Shown: positions 51,832-63,585, counted from the stretch's first letter. The stretch: DNA of 64,000 nucleotides from an uncultured Bacilli bacterium (GCA_947629815.1 CANRFG010000001.1:27468-91467); one strand, 5' to 3'. Numbers and translations: made by a program. Notes: generated by a model not told the origin, from the sequence alone.

Positions 51832-53112
51832 ATGGATATAATAATTAAAACATTATGGTTTTTTGCGACCTTTCTAATTCTAATGTCAAGTATATATTTT
51901 ACATATAAATTAAAAGCAGTACAATTTAACTTTAAACAAATGTTTAAATCAATTAAAACAAGTAAAAATACAAAAGGAATATCAAATTTCCAAACACTTA
52001 TGATAAGCTTAGGTGGGAGAATAGGAGTTGGAAGTATTGCAGGTGTTTCACTTGCTATATATACAGGTGGAATAGGGTCAATATTTTGGTTAATAATAAC
52101 AGTCTTTTTATGTGCGACAAATACTTTTTGCGAAACAATATTAGGTGGTATTTATAAAGAACATGACGAAGGATTTCAATATAAAGGTGGCCCTGCTTAT
52201 TATATAAAAAAAGGCTTAAATAAACCCTTTTTAGCTGGGATATTCGCTATTTTAATAATAATAGGTTACATAGGATTTTTTTGTGGAATACAATCAAATA
52301 CAATTACAAAAAGTTTAATAGATACTAATATTAATGTATATTTAATAGCGATTGTTTTATCAATACTAACATTTATAATAATATATGGTGGATTAAAAAA
52401 AATAACTGAGTTTTCAACAGTAATAGTACCTGTAATGACAATATTGTATATAATATTTGCTTTAATAGTTTTTGTAATGAATATTAAATTAATACCAAAT
52501 ATTATAATAAGTATAATAAAAGAAGCTTTTAATATAAAACCTTTTTTTAGTGGATTTTTATCAGGTTTTCTAATAGGACTACAAAGAGGAATATTTTCAA
52601 ATGAAGCGGGAATAGGAACAGGAAGTATTGTATCATCAACAAGTTATTCATCTGATTTAGTAAAACAAGGATATATACAAATGCTTGGTATATATATAAC
52701 TACTTTTTTAATATGTATTTCAACAGCTATAATAGTTTTAACTAGTGATTATGCCAATATAAACTATGTAGATATGAATGGAATCGAAATGACACAACAT
52801 GCTTTTACATATCATTTTGGACAATTTGGTAATATAATATTAACTGTTTCAATTATATTATTTTCATTTTCAACTATTATAACTGCATATTATTATGGTG
52901 AATCATCTTTAAAATATTTTGGTGATATCGATAATAAAAAAATATTTATATTAAAATTATCAACAGTAATAATTGTATTTTTAGGTTGTATAGTTTCCTC
53001 ACATCTTTTATGGTCGTTTGTAGATATTATAGTGGCTATTTTAATAATCATAAATGTTTATTCAATAATAACTTTAAGAAAAGAAATATTAGATTATGTT
53101 AATAAAAATTAG
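51832..53112 (+). CDS. Alanine/glycine:cation symporter family protein
   Basis: LGGRIGVGSIAGV, GSIFWL, GGPAYYI, RGIFSNEAGIGT. Confidence 0.92.
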   Translation: MDIIIKTLWFFATFLILMSSIYFTYKLKAVQFNFKQMFKSIKTSKNTKGISNFQTLMISLGGRIGVGSIAGVSLAIYTGGIGSIFWLIITVFLCATNTFCETILGGIYKEHDEGFQYKGGPAYYIKKGLNKPFLAGIFAILIIIGYIGFFCGIQSNTITKSLIDTNINVYLIAIVLSILTFIIIYGGLKKITEFSTVIVPVMTILYIIFALIVFVMNIKLIPNIIISIIKEAFNIKPFFSGFLSGFLIGLQRGIFSNEAGIGTGSIVSSTSYSSDLVKQGYIQMLGIYITTFLICISTAIIVLTSDYANINYVDMNGIEMTQHAFTYHFGQFGNIILTVSIILFSFSTIITAYYYGESSLKYFGDIDNKKIFILKLSTVIIVFLGCIVSSHLLWSFVDIIVAILIIINVYSIITLRKEILDYVNKN

Positions 53113-53145
53113 TAAATGTGCTAAAATATAGTTGGTGAATGTTGT

Positions 53146-53796
53146 ATGGTTTCAAAAAATTGGGATTTAGTATTAAAAGATGAATATAACAAGCTATATT
53201 TTAAAAAATTAAGAAATTTTTTAAAAAATGAATATAATACTAAAATTTGTTTCCCAAAAAAAGAGGAAATATTTAATTCTTTGTTGTACACTAATTATGA
53301 AGATGTGAAAGTTGTAATATTAGGTCAAGACCCATATCATGGAGAAAATGAAGCACATGGTTTTTGTTTTTCAGTAAGAAATTCAGTTAAAAGACCACCA
53401 TCTTTAAATAATATATTAAAAGAATTATATGATGACTTAAAAATAGTAAGAAAAGGAAATGAATTAACAGATTGGGCTAAACAAGGAGTATTACTTTTAA
53501 ATAGCGTTTTAACAGTAGTAAAAGATACACCTTTATCACATAGGGGAATAGGTTGGGAACAATTTACAGATTCCATAATAAAAAAAATAAACGAAAAAGA
53601 TTCTACTGTTGTATATATATTATGGGGTAGTTATGCAAGAAGTAAAAAAGTGTTGATAACTAATCCAAAACATTATATTATAGAGTCAGCGCATCCATCA
53701 CCTTTGTCTGCGAATAAAGGATTTTTTGGAAGTAGACCTTTTTCTAGAACAAATGAAATTTTAGTTAAAAATGGCATAGAACCTATTAAATGGTAG
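53146..53796 (+). CDS. ung: Uracil-DNA glycosylase
   Basis: ILGQDPYHG, PPSLNNI, QGVLLLN, HPSPLS. Confidence 0.97.
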   Translation: MVSKNWDLVLKDEYNKLYFKKLRNFLKNEYNTKICFPKKEEIFNSLLYTNYEDVKVVILGQDPYHGENEAHGFCFSVRNSVKRPPSLNNILKELYDDLKIVRKGNELTDWAKQGVLLLNSVLTVVKDTPLSHRGIGWEQFTDSIIKKINEKDSTVVYILWGSYARSKKVLITNPKHYIIESAHPSPLSANKGFFGSRPFSRTNEILVKNGIEPIKW

Positions 53797-53810
53797 TTAG
53801 GGGGAAAGTT

Positions 53811-55136
53811 ATGCAAGAAGTTTACGAAGAATTAATTGAGAAATTTAAAAATTTAAAAAATGAAAATATTGTTGTAGCAGTTTCAGGAGGAGCAGATTCT
53901 ATTACATTACTTCATTTAATGGCAAGAGTTAAAAAAGAAACAAATATAAATGTTATATGTGCTCATGTTAATCATAATGTAAGAGTTGAAAGTGAATCTG
54001 AAAAAGTTTTTGTAGAAGATTTCTGTAAAGAAAATGATGTTATATTTGAATATATGAAAATAGAAAATTATGGAGATGATAATTTCCATAATGAAGCAAG
54101 AATAAAAAGATATAATTTTTTTGAAAGTTTAATATCAAAATACAATTCAAAATATTTATTAACAGCTCATCATGGAGATGATTTAATAGAAACAATATTG
54201 ATGAGAATAGTTAGAGGTACAACATTTAAAGGATATAGTGGATTTTCAAAAGAAGTAAAAAAATCAAATTATACAATTTTAAGACCACTTATAACTGTTA
54301 CAAAAGATGATATATATGAGTATATAAAAGAAAATAAACTACAATTTGTAGAAGATAAATCTAATTTTAAAGATGTTTATACTAGAAATAGATATAGGAA
54401 ATATGTAGTACCTGTTTTAAAAAAAGAAGATAAAAATGTTCATAATAAATTTTATAAGTTTAGTAAAACAATTTTAGAATATAATAGATATATAGAAGAA
54501 CAAGTAAAATCAATACAAAATGAAGTTATTGTAAATAATACACTAAATATAGAAAAGTTTTTAAACTTAGATAAAGTAATACAAGAAAAAATAATTTATA
54601 TGTTATTAGAAAATAAATATCAAGATGATTTGATGTTAATTACTGATAAACATGTTGAATTAATATATAAATTGATTACTTCAGAAAAAGCAAACACATA
54701 TGTGTATTTACCTAATAATCTTAAAGCAGTTAAATCATACAATAGTATAAGTATAGAGCAAAATACAAAAGATTCTAAATCATATGAAATAGAAATAACA
54801 GAAAAAGTTTTTCTTCCAAATGGAAAAACAATTGAAATGATAGAACAATCTGAATGTGATGATAATAATATATGTAGACTTAATTCAAAAGATATAAAAT
54901 TACCTTTGTATGTAAGAAATAGAAAAAATGGGGATAAAATATATGTAAAAGGAATGTTAGGTAGTAAAAAAATAAAAGATATATTTATAGATTCTAAAGT
55001 AGATTATAATAAAAGAGATAGTTGGCCGATAGTGGTAGATTCAACAGGTGAAATTTTATGGATACCAGGCCTTAAAAAATCTAAATTTAATGTTAAAAAA
55101 ACAGAAAAGTGTGATATAATACTTAAGTGTTATTAG
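53811..55136 (+). CDS. tilS: tRNA(Ile)-lysidine synthetase
   Basis: AVSGGADS, HVNH, AHHGDDLIET, RPL, RNRYR. Confidence 0.96.
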   Translation: MQEVYEELIEKFKNLKNENIVVAVSGGADSITLLHLMARVKKETNINVICAHVNHNVRVESESEKVFVEDFCKENDVIFEYMKIENYGDDNFHNEARIKRYNFFESLISKYNSKYLLTAHHGDDLIETILMRIVRGTTFKGYSGFSKEVKKSNYTILRPLITVTKDDIYEYIKENKLQFVEDKSNFKDVYTRNRYRKYVVPVLKKEDKNVHNKFYKFSKTILEYNRYIEEQVKSIQNEVIVNNTLNIEKFLNLDKVIQEKIIYMLLENKYQDDLMLITDKHVELIYKLITSEKANTYVYLPNNLKAVKSYNSISIEQNTKDSKSYEIEITEKVFLPNGKTIEMIEQSECDDNNICRLNSKDIKLPLYVRNRKNGDKIYVKGMLGSKKIKDIFIDSKVDYNKRDSWPIVVDSTGEILWIPGLKKSKFNVKKTEKCDIILKCY

Positions 55137-55150
55137 AAAGGAAGAGATTT

Positions 55151-57139
55151 GTGAATAAAAAAGCAGTTAAAAAAGGTATATTACCTTATATATTCTTATT
55201 TTTAGTAATGCTAGGAATTTTATATTTTTTTAATGTTGCAAATCAAAAAGTTAATGTAATAGATTATCAACAATTTTTAACAGCAGTTTCTGAAAATAAA
55301 GTAAAGGAAATAACTATTATACCTAATTCAAATTCTAGATTATATGAAATTGAAGGTACAATGGAAGGGTATAATGAAAATGAGTATTTTACTTTTAAGA
55401 TGCCACTTGCTGAAGAAGTAATAACTGAATTACTTTCATTTCAAAAGGAATATAATTTTAAGCTAGATACAGTTGATGACCCTGGTTCTAGTCCAATATT
55501 ATTATTCATTATAAACATTTTACCTATGGTAATATTAATAGGTTTTGCTTTCTTTTTTATAAGTAGACAAATGGGTGGCGCAAATAAATCTATGGATTTT
55601 GGTAAAAGTAAAGCTCATTTAAGTGAAAATAACAAGAAAGTAACATTTAAACAAGTTGCAGGTTTAACTGAAGAAAAACAAGAAGTAGAGGAATTAATAG
55701 ATTTCTTAAAATCTCCTGCTAAATTTCAAAAGATGGGCGCAAGAATACCAAAAGGTGTATTACTTGTAGGTCCTCCAGGAACAGGAAAAACTCTTTTAGC
55801 GCGTGCTGTTGCAGGTGAAGCTAATGTTCCATTTTTCTATATAAGTGGTTCTGAGTTTGTTGAGTTATTTGTAGGTGTTGGAGCAAGTCGTGTTAGAGAT
55901 ATGTTTAAACAAGCAAAACAAAATGCCCCTTGCTTAATATTTATAGATGAAATTGATGCAGTAGGTAGACAAAGAGGTGCAGGTCTTGGTGGTGGACATG
56001 ATGAAAGGGAACAAACATTAAACCAATTATTAACAGAAATGGATGGATTTGGTGCTAACGAAGGTATTATTATAATTGCTGCTACAAATAGACCAGATGT
56101 ATTAGACCCAGCTTTACTTAGACCAGGTCGTTTCGATAGACAAGTTCAAGTTAATTTGCCTGATGCTAAAGGTAGAGCTGAAATATTAAGAGTTCATGCT
56201 CAAAATAAAATATTCTCTAAAAATATAAACTTAGATAATATAGCTGCAAGAACAGTAGGATTTAGTGGTGCTGATTTAGAGAATTTATTAAATGAAGCCG
56301 CTTTACTTGCTGTTAGAAGAGGTAAGCAATGTATAACTATGTCTGAGTTGGATGAGGCTCAAGATAGGGTTTTAATGGGACCAGCTAAGGTTTCTAAAAA
56401 ATATACTGAAAATGATAAGAAGTTAGTTGCTTATCATGAATCAGGCCATGCTGTTTTAGGTATAAAATTAGATGGTGCAAATGATGTTCAAAAAATCACT
56501 ATAATTCCTAGAGGTTATGCAGGTGGATATACTATGATGCAACCTAAGGAGGAAAGATTTACTTCTACTAAAAAGGAATTATTGGAAAGAATTACAGGTT
56601 TATTAGGTGGTAGAGTAGCTGAGGAATTAATATTTGGTGAAGTTACAACAGGCGCTCATAACGATTTTCAACAGGCAACTAAAATTGCTCGTGCTATGGT
56701 AACTGAATATGGTATGAGTAGTTTAGGACCACTTCAACTAGAAAGTAATGATGAAGGTAGTGTTTTCTTAGGTAGAGATTATAATAAAAGTAGAAATTTC
56801 TCATCTCAAGTTGCTTATGAAATAGACCAAGAAATGAGAAAAATAATTGATGAATGTTATAAGAAAGCAGTTGAAATAATAAAGGAAAATAGAAAATTAT
56901 TAGATTTAATTGCTGAAACTTTACTTGAAAAGGAAACCATAACAAAAGAACAAATTGATTATTTAGTTGAAAATGGTTGTTTACCTGACGAAGATGATGA
57001 AAAGGATTTTAGTGAGTTTAAGACAGCTTCATTAGAGGATTTAACTTTAACTGAATTAAAAGATTTAGCTAAAGAAAAAGGAATAAAAGGTTATTCTAAA
57101 ATGAATAAGGAAGAATTGATTAAGGAATTAGATAAATAA
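55151..57139 (+). CDS. ftsH: ATP-dependent zinc metalloprotease FtsH with C-terminal Rho_N-like domain
   Basis: [39 protein letters not shown]; tail [27 protein letters not shown]. Confidence 0.97.
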   Translation: MNKKAVKKGILPYIFLFLVMLGILYFFNVANQKVNVIDYQQFLTAVSENKVKEITIIPNSNSRLYEIEGTMEGYNENEYFTFKMPLAEEVITELLSFQKEYNFKLDTVDDPGSSPILLFIINILPMVILIGFAFFFISRQMGGANKSMDFGKSKAHLSENNKKVTFKQVAGLTEEKQEVEELIDFLKSPAKFQKMGARIPKGVLLVGPPGTGKTLLARAVAGEANVPFFYISGSEFVELFVGVGASRVRDMFKQAKQNAPCLIFIDEIDAVGRQRGAGLGGGHDEREQTLNQLLTEMDGFGANEGIIIIAATNRPDVLDPALLRPGRFDRQVQVNLPDAKGRAEILRVHAQNKIFSKNINLDNIAARTVGFSGADLENLLNEAALLAVRRGKQCITMSELDEAQDRVLMGPAKVSKKYTENDKKLVAYHESGHAVLGIKLDGANDVQKITIIPRGYAGGYTMMQPKEERFTSTKKELLERITGLLGGRVAEELIFGEVTTGAHNDFQQATKIARAMVTEYGMSSLGPLQLESNDEGSVFLGRDYNKSRNFSSQVAYEIDQEMRKIIDECYKKAVEIIKENRKLLDLIAETLLEKETITKEQIDYLVENGCLPDEDDEKDFSEFKTASLEDLTLTELKDLAKEKGIKGYSKMNKEELIKELDK

Positions 57140-57271
57140 TCTAGTTCTTTTTGTTTTTTTAAAACATATTTGTATTATGTACAAGTAAAATTACTATAAT
57201 AAAATACTTGTCAAAATTAAAAATAATTGATATATTAATATTTTAGAAATTTTTAGAGGTGAAAAATTTAA

Positions 57272-57877
57272 ATGAATATAGAAAATTTAAATAGCGAAAA
57301 TTATAAACAATTTATTGATAAATATGGAACAATAAAAGATTCTGATTTAGCTAAAGAAAGTTTAATTATAAATCCAAACTCTTGGCTTGTTTTAGATGAT
57401 GAATTGAAAAAAAGAGGAGATGTAATCGCACATTATGTTCCAATTGGATACTATAAGGATAGTGTTTGGGTTGACCAAGCAGTTGATATGTATGAATTAG
57501 AATATTTCGATCTGCTTCTTCCAGAAGGGTTTACATGTGATTGTGGTTTTCTTAATTTTAGAAAAGAAAAAATTGTTCCAAATATAATCTGGCCAGAAGA
57601 TTTTAGTAAAGAACAATATTTACAAATTTTATCAAGTATACCTATTATGGAAGCTGGTGTGGTTAGTAATTATTGGTATAACATAGATAGAGAAACTCCT
57701 GATACTTTTAAAAATAGTAAAATGTATAGTATATATAATATTAAACATGATGAGAATAAAAGGATAGAGCAAGGTCCAGATACAATAGACAGAAAATGTT
57801 TTGCATTTGACAGATCTAAAATAAAAGAAGCAGTTGATAATTTTTATAATAATTTAGATAAACCTAAACAAAGATAA
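57272..57877 (+). CDS. Hypothetical protein
   Basis: 201-aa ORF with GAGGTG RBS and downstream hairpin; no recognised motif. Confidence 0.8.
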   Translation: MNIENLNSENYKQFIDKYGTIKDSDLAKESLIINPNSWLVLDDELKKRGDVIAHYVPIGYYKDSVWVDQAVDMYELEYFDLLLPEGFTCDCGFLNFRKEKIVPNIIWPEDFSKEQYLQILSSIPIMEAGVVSNYWYNIDRETPDTFKNSKMYSIYNIKHDENKRIEQGPDTIDRKCFAFDRSKIKEAVDNFYNNLDKPKQR

Positions 57878-57964
57878 AATAATTATGTTTATAAACTTAA
57901 GGAAATTTATTTCCTTTTTTTTATTAAAATGATACAATATAATTATGCAGAAAGTAGGGATAAT

Positions 57965-58321
57965 ATGAAAGGTTTCACACTTGTTGAATTATTGGCTGTT
58001 TTAGTAATTCTTGCTTTAATATCTTTAATAATAGTGCCATCTATTATTGATAGTTTAAATAATTCAGCAGATAGACTTTATAAAGAACAAATCGATTCAC
58101 TAGAGTATGCTGCTCAAAAATGGGCTGTAAAAAACAGTAATTTAGTAGAAGAAAATAAAGAATTTTCTAGATGTGTTACTATAGATGAACTAAAAGAAGG
58201 AGAATTTATAACAGAAAAAAAAGTTATAAATCCAAAAACAAGAAAAGAAATGACAGGTTGTGTTAATATAACATATGATGAAGAATATAACCAATTTGTT
58301 TACAAATATAAAGAAGAATAG
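57965..58321 (+). CDS. Small type IV pilin/pseudopilin-like protein
   Basis: MKGFTLVELLAVLVIL prepilin motif, C-terminal Cys pair. Confidence 0.85.
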   Translation: MKGFTLVELLAVLVILALISLIIVPSIIDSLNNSADRLYKEQIDSLEYAAQKWAVKNSNLVEENKEFSRCVTIDELKEGEFITEKKVINPKTRKEMTGCVNITYDEEYNQFVYKYKEE

Positions 58322-58329
58322 GTGATAAA

Positions 58330-59115
58330 ATGGGGAAAATAATATCATTAGTTAATCAAAAAGGTGGAGTTGGAAAAACTACATCAAGTATAAATTTAGC
58401 GGCTTCACTTGGAGCACTAAAAAGAAGAGTTTTATTAGTTGACCTTGACCCACAGGGAAATACAACAACAGGAATTGGAATAGATAAATCTTCTATAAAA
58501 AAAAGTATATATGATTTACTATTAGATAATGCACAATTATCAGATACAATAATTAAAACAGGTTTTAAAAACTTATATGCTATTCCTGCTACTATAAATT
58601 TAGCTGGTGTTGATATAGAATTAATGGAAAAAAGTAGAACAGAACCGGGATTTTCAAAAGGAAGTCAATTAAAAAAACATTTGAGTTTAGCGAAAGAAAT
58701 GTTTGATTACATAATAATCGATTGTCCACCAAGTTTAGGTATATTAACTACAAATGCACTTACTGCATCAGATTCAGTAATAATACCTGTTCAATGTGAA
58801 TTTTTCGCACTTGAAGGAATAATGCAATTATTAAATACTATTATGTTGGCGCAAAAAAATCTAAATCCTTCATTAGATATAGAAGGAGTTTTACTTACTA
58901 TGTTAGATAATAGAACGAACTTAGGATTAGAAGTAGTAGAAGATATAAAAAGCTATTTTAAAGAAAGAGTATATGATACAATAATACCTAGACTTGTAAG
59001 ATTATCAGAAGCACCAAGTCATGGAAAACCAATAATAGCTTATGACCCACATAGTAGAGGAACAGAAGCATACTTAAATTTAGCTAAAGAGGTGATTGAA
59101 AGAAATGGAAACTAA
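58330..59115 (+). CDS. parA: Chromosome partitioning ATPase Soj/ParA
   Basis: NQKGGVGKTT, DLDPQGN, IDCPPSLG, PVQCEFFALEG. Confidence 0.97.
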   Translation: MGKIISLVNQKGGVGKTTSSINLAASLGALKRRVLLVDLDPQGNTTTGIGIDKSSIKKSIYDLLLDNAQLSDTIIKTGFKNLYAIPATINLAGVDIELMEKSRTEPGFSKGSQLKKHLSLAKEMFDYIIIDCPPSLGILTTNALTASDSVIIPVQCEFFALEGIMQLLNTIMLAQKNLNPSLDIEGVLLTMLDNRTNLGLEVVEDIKSYFKERVYDTIIPRLVRLSEAPSHGKPIIAYDPHSRGTEAYLNLAKEVIERNGN

Positions 59116-59983
59116 AAAAAGAGCATTAGGTAGAGGATTAGAAGAATTATTTAATAATGAAAATTTAGATTTTCGAAGTATTGAATCTAAAATATATGAA
59201 ACTGCTAGTAATGAAGAAGTAATCGATGTTCCTATTGAAGAATTAAGACCAAATCCATACCAACCAAGAAAAGTATTCGATGAAGATGCACTAAAAGATT
59301 TAGCAGATTCCATAAAGGAACATGGTGTAATTCAACCAATAATAGTTAAAAGAAGTATAAAAGGTTATGAAATAATAGCTGGTGAAAGAAGATATAGGGC
59401 TTCCAAAATTGCAGGATTACAAAAAATACCTGCCCTTATAAGAAACTTTACAGATGAACAAATGATGGAAATCGCACTTTTAGAAAACTTACAAAGAGAA
59501 AATTTAAATGCAATAGAAGAAGCAGTTGCTTATAAAAAAATGATTGAAAAACTTAATATAACTCAAGATGAACTTTCAAAAAAAGTTGGAAAAAGTAGAA
59601 GTCATATAACAAATATAATTGGATTATTAAGACTTCCAAAAGAAGTTCAACAAATGTTAGCTGATTCAAAAATTACAATGGGACATGCAAGAGCATTAAG
59701 TAAACTAGAATCAGATGAAGAAATAATAGAAATAGCTAATAAAATAGTAGATAATCATTTACCTGTAAGACAAACAGAAGAAGATTTAAACTCACAAAAT
59801 TTAGAAAGAAAAGTAAAGATAACTAGAAATACATCAAAACCAAATGAATTTAAATATGTAGAAGATTTACTTAGAGATAAATTAGATACAAAAGTTAAAA
59901 TAAAAGAAAAGAAAATAGAAATTTCATTTACAAATACAGCAGATTTGAATAGAATACTTGAAGTTTTAAATGTTAAGGAGTAA
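59105..59983 (+). CDS. parB: Chromosome partitioning protein Spo0J/ParB
   Basis: ALGRGLEELF, PNPYQPR, IIAGERRYRA, GKSRSHI, MGHARAL. Confidence 0.97.
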   Translation: METKKRALGRGLEELFNNENLDFRSIESKIYETASNEEVIDVPIEELRPNPYQPRKVFDEDALKDLADSIKEHGVIQPIIVKRSIKGYEIIAGERRYRASKIAGLQKIPALIRNFTDEQMMEIALLENLQRENLNAIEEAVAYKKMIEKLNITQDELSKKVGKSRSHITNIIGLLRLPKEVQQMLADSKITMGHARALSKLESDEEIIEIANKIVDNHLPVRQTEEDLNSQNLERKVKITRNTSKPNEFKYVEDLLRDKLDTKVKIKEKKIEISFTNTADLNRILEVLNVKE

Positions 59984-59986
59984 TAT

Positions 59987-60787
59987 ATGAAATTGCTTGA
60001 AGTTATTTTAGTTAAAGAAGTAGTTTATCCCATATTAATTATTTTAATAGCTTTTTTAACATATATTATCGTTAAAAGTTTTACTAAAAAGATATTTAAT
60101 GTAAAAGTTAGAAAAATAGATATAAAAAAGAAAAATACAGTTTATAGTTTAATTGTAAATATTGAAAAAAGCTTTATAATAATAGTTGCCTTTTTAATGA
60201 TATTAAATGTTTATGGTGTAGATACTATGGCACTTGTTACTTCACTTGGAGTAGTAGGTATAGTAGCAGGACTTGCTGTTCAAGATACACTAAAGGATTT
60301 TGTATCTGGAATTTCAATAATATTTGAAAATAAATTTTGTGTTGGAGATAATATTACAATACAAGATTTTAGAGGAGATGTTATTGAGCTTGGAATGAAA
60401 ACTACTAAAATTAAATCATACACAGGTGAAGTGTTAATAATTCCAAATCATTTAATCGATAAAGTAATCAACCATAGTGTTGATAAATCATTAGCGGTAG
60501 TAGATATTGGTATTCCTTATGAAGAAAATTTAGAAAAAGTAGAAAAAGTACTTGAAAAGATGTGTCAAAAACTAACTAAAGAACTAGAAAACTTAAAAGG
60601 AGAAGTTCAACTTTTAGGTATTAATGAATTAGGTTCATCTTCAATAAATTATAGAATAATTGCTGATACATTACCTACTTTAAATTATGCAGTTGAAAGA
60701 AAAATAAGGAAAGAAATTAAATTAACTTTCGATGAAAATAAAATTAACATTCCATATGAACAGGTGGTAGTTCACAATGAAAAATGA
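59987..60787 (+). CDS. mscS: Small-conductance mechanosensitive channel
   Basis: GLAVQDTLKDFVSG, VGDNI, IPNH, LGSSSI, IPYEQ. Confidence 0.9.
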   Translation: MKLLEVILVKEVVYPILIILIAFLTYIIVKSFTKKIFNVKVRKIDIKKKNTVYSLIVNIEKSFIIIVAFLMILNVYGVDTMALVTSLGVVGIVAGLAVQDTLKDFVSGISIIFENKFCVGDNITIQDFRGDVIELGMKTTKIKSYTGEVLIIPNHLIDKVINHSVDKSLAVVDIGIPYEENLEKVEKVLEKMCQKLTKELENLKGEVQLLGINELGSSSINYRIIADTLPTLNYAVERKIRKEIKLTFDENKINIPYEQVVVHNEK

Positions 60788-60962
60788 TTATAAATTAAAT
60801 TCAATAGTAGAAATGAAAAAGCAGCACCCATGTGGTTCTAAACAATTTGAGGTAATAAGGTTAGGAGCAGACATTAAGATAAAATGTGTAGAATGTGGTA
60901 GAATTATAATGCTTCCAAGAATTGAATTTAATAAAAAAATAAAAAAAATTATTACCTATTAG
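60777..60962 (+). CDS. DUF951 family protein
   Basis: MKKQHPCG...RLGADIKIKCVECGR. Confidence 0.9.
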   Translation: MKNDYKLNSIVEMKKQHPCGSKQFEVIRLGADIKIKCVECGRIIMLPRIEFNKKIKKIITY

Positions 60963-60972
60963 GAGGTAAAAA

Positions 60973-62472
60973 ATGAAAAAAAATAAAAAGAAACGATATA
61001 TAGGTATTATATCTGTATTACTAATTATTATACTTTTAGTTATGTTGTTAAGTTTAATATTTAGTATTATAGGTATAAATGGGCAAAAAACATCTATTAA
61101 TAATGGACTTTTAGAATCATCTTTAGTAACAGTAAATAGTATATTTACAAAAGATGGAATAAGATTTTTAATAGGAAATATGTTTTCAAATTCAAACATT
61201 TTAAAGCCTTTATTAGTATTTATATTATCTGTTATATGTACAAGTATACTTGAATCAAGTGGATTACTTAATCATATATTTAACAGATTTGTAAAACTAA
61301 AAACACCAATTGTTACTTTTGCAACTGCATTAATTTCTATAATATTTGTTTTTTTTGGACAATATAGTTATTTATTTTTATTTCCTTTTGTTGCAGTAGT
61401 ATATAAGATTATTGGAAGAAATCCAATAGTTGGTGTAATTACAGTATTTTTGGCAACAACCCTTGGAACAGGTTATGGAATATTTATGAATGGTGAGGGT
61501 TATTCTCTTGGAATGTTAACTGAACAGGCTGCAATATTAGATGTAGACCCTTCATATAAATTTAATGTTTTTTCAACAAATTATATAATGCTTATAGGTG
61601 CTTTCTTACTAACTTTTGTTTTAACAATTTTTATAGAAAAAAATATAATGTATAAATATAAGAAAATAGAAAAAGAAAATATAGATTATAATTATTCAAA
61701 AGTTGGATTAATAATAAGTGGTGTAATATTTTTAGTTGGAATGGTTTTATTAGTAATTTCAATATTACCAAATAGTATATTACTTGATGATAATAATATT
61801 AATTATATGACACAATTATTTGGAGAGCAATCTGTTATAAAAGATGGATTTATGTATATAGTTTTACTAATATTTATTTTAATTGGAACTATATATGGAA
61901 GAATAACGAAAAATTTCAAAAATGATGCACAAGCTAATGTGGGACTTTCAACAGAATTTAATGATTTAGGTTATGTATTTGTTATTATGTTCTTTTCTGT
62001 ACAATTAGTTTCTATATTAGATTATACAAACATTGGAACAATTGTTGTAACAGGTTTAACAAATTTGATAAGTTTAATGAATTTTTCAGGATTATTTTTA
62101 ATAATAACATTTATAATAATTACTATTTTAATGACTATTGTGGTTCCTAATTTATTAGATAAATGGGTACTTATGTCTCCAATTATAGTTCCATTATTTA
62201 TGAGAGCAAATATAACTCCAGAATTTTGTCAATTTTTATATGTAACTTCTAATTCGATAGGAAGGTCTATAACTCCTATATTTATGTATCTTTTAATAAT
62301 GATGGGATTTATTCAAAAATATAAAACTGATGAAAATGAGGTAACAGTATTTGGAACGCTTAAAATTATGATGCCTACAATTTTGTGGGTAGTTGGAATA
62401 ATGATTGTATTTGTATTATTATGGTATATTTCTGGTATACCTGTTGGAATAAATGGATATCCAACTTTATAG
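60973..62472 (+). CDS. AbgT-family transporter
   Basis: About 12 TM; VNSIFTKDGIRF, W..MSPIIVPLFM, ITP; shortened relative to typical AbgT. Confidence 0.65.
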   Translation: MKKNKKKRYIGIISVLLIIILLVMLLSLIFSIIGINGQKTSINNGLLESSLVTVNSIFTKDGIRFLIGNMFSNSNILKPLLVFILSVICTSILESSGLLNHIFNRFVKLKTPIVTFATALISIIFVFFGQYSYLFLFPFVAVVYKIIGRNPIVGVITVFLATTLGTGYGIFMNGEGYSLGMLTEQAAILDVDPSYKFNVFSTNYIMLIGAFLLTFVLTIFIEKNIMYKYKKIEKENIDYNYSKVGLIISGVIFLVGMVLLVISILPNSILLDDNNINYMTQLFGEQSVIKDGFMYIVLLIFILIGTIYGRITKNFKNDAQANVGLSTEFNDLGYVFVIMFFSVQLVSILDYTNIGTIVVTGLTNLISLMNFSGLFLIITFIIITILMTIVVPNLLDKWVLMSPIIVPLFMRANITPEFCQFLYVTSNSIGRSITPIFMYLLIMMGFIQKYKTDENEVTVFGTLKIMMPTILWVVGIMIVFVLLWYISGIPVGINGYPTL

Positions 62473-62487
62473 ATAGGGGGAATTAAC

Positions 62488-63585
62488 ATGAGTTTAACAG
62501 CTGGAATAGTTGGATTACCTAATGTTGGTAAATCAACTTTATTTAATGCAATTACTAAAAAAAATATATTAGCTGCGAATTATCCTTTCGCAACAATTGA
62601 CCCAAATGTTGGTGTAGTAACAGTACCTGATAAAAGATTAGAATTTTTAGAAAATTTATATATACCTCAAAACTTAGTACCTACTTCTTTTGAATTTACT
62701 GATATAGCTGGTTTAGTTAAAGGTGCATCAAAAGGAGAAGGGTTAGGTAATAAGTTTTTATCTCATATAAGGGAAGTAGATGCAATAGTTGAAGTTGTAA
62801 GATGTTTCGATGATAATAATATAATACATGTTGAAAATAGTGTTGACCCTGTTAGAGATATAGAAATAATAAATGTAGAATTGTTGCTTGCTGATTTGGA
62901 AGTAATTGATAATAGAATAAATAGAATAGGTAAAAAAGCAATTCTTTCTAATGATAAGTTAGTTAAAAAGGAAGCAGAAATTTTAAATAAAGTAAAAGAG
63001 GCTTTAGAACAAAATATACCTGTTAGAAAATTACAATTTGAAGAAGATGAATATAAATTAATTAAGAATTTTAATTTAATTACAGCTAAACCTATTATAT
63101 ATATGGCAAATGTATCAGAAGAGGATATTCAAAATGGTAATGCTTATGTAGAAGAGGTAAAAAAATATGCTTCTTTAGAGGGCTCTGAGGTAGTAGTTGT
63201 TTGTGCGAAAATAGAATCAGAATTAAGCGAACTTAATGATGATGATAAAAAAGAGTTTTTAAATGAATTAGGGATATCTGATAGTGGATTAGACAAACTT
63301 ATAAAAGCTACTTATAATTTATTAGGGCTTGCAACATTTTTTACTGCTGGTAGTGATGAGGTTAGAGCATGGACATTTAAAAAGGGAATGAAAGCTCCTG
63401 AATGCGCAGGTATAATACATACAGACTTTGAAAGAGGTTTTATTAAAGCAGAAGTAATGAGTTTTGATGATTTAGAAAAGTGTGGGAATGAAAAGGCTGT
63501 TAAAGAAGCAGGCAAACTTAGATTAGAAGGTAAAGAATATTTAATGCAAGATGGAGATATTTGCTTATTTAGATTTAATGTTTAA
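62488..63585 (+). CDS. ychF: Ribosome-binding ATPase YchF
   Basis: GIVGLPNVGKSTLFN, NYPFATIDPN, DIAGLVKGAS, VRAWT, MQDGDI. Confidence 0.98.
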   Translation: MSLTAGIVGLPNVGKSTLFNAITKKNILAANYPFATIDPNVGVVTVPDKRLEFLENLYIPQNLVPTSFEFTDIAGLVKGASKGEGLGNKFLSHIREVDAIVEVVRCFDDNNIIHVENSVDPVRDIEIINVELLLADLEVIDNRINRIGKKAILSNDKLVKKEAEILNKVKEALEQNIPVRKLQFEEDEYKLIKNFNLITAKPIIYMANVSEEDIQNGNAYVEEVKKYASLEGSEVVVVCAKIESELSELNDDDKKEFLNELGISDSGLDKLIKATYNLLGLATFFTAGSDEVRAWTFKKGMKAPECAGIIHTDFERGFIKAEVMSFDDLEKCGNEKAVKEAGKLRLEGKEYLMQDGDICLFRFNV

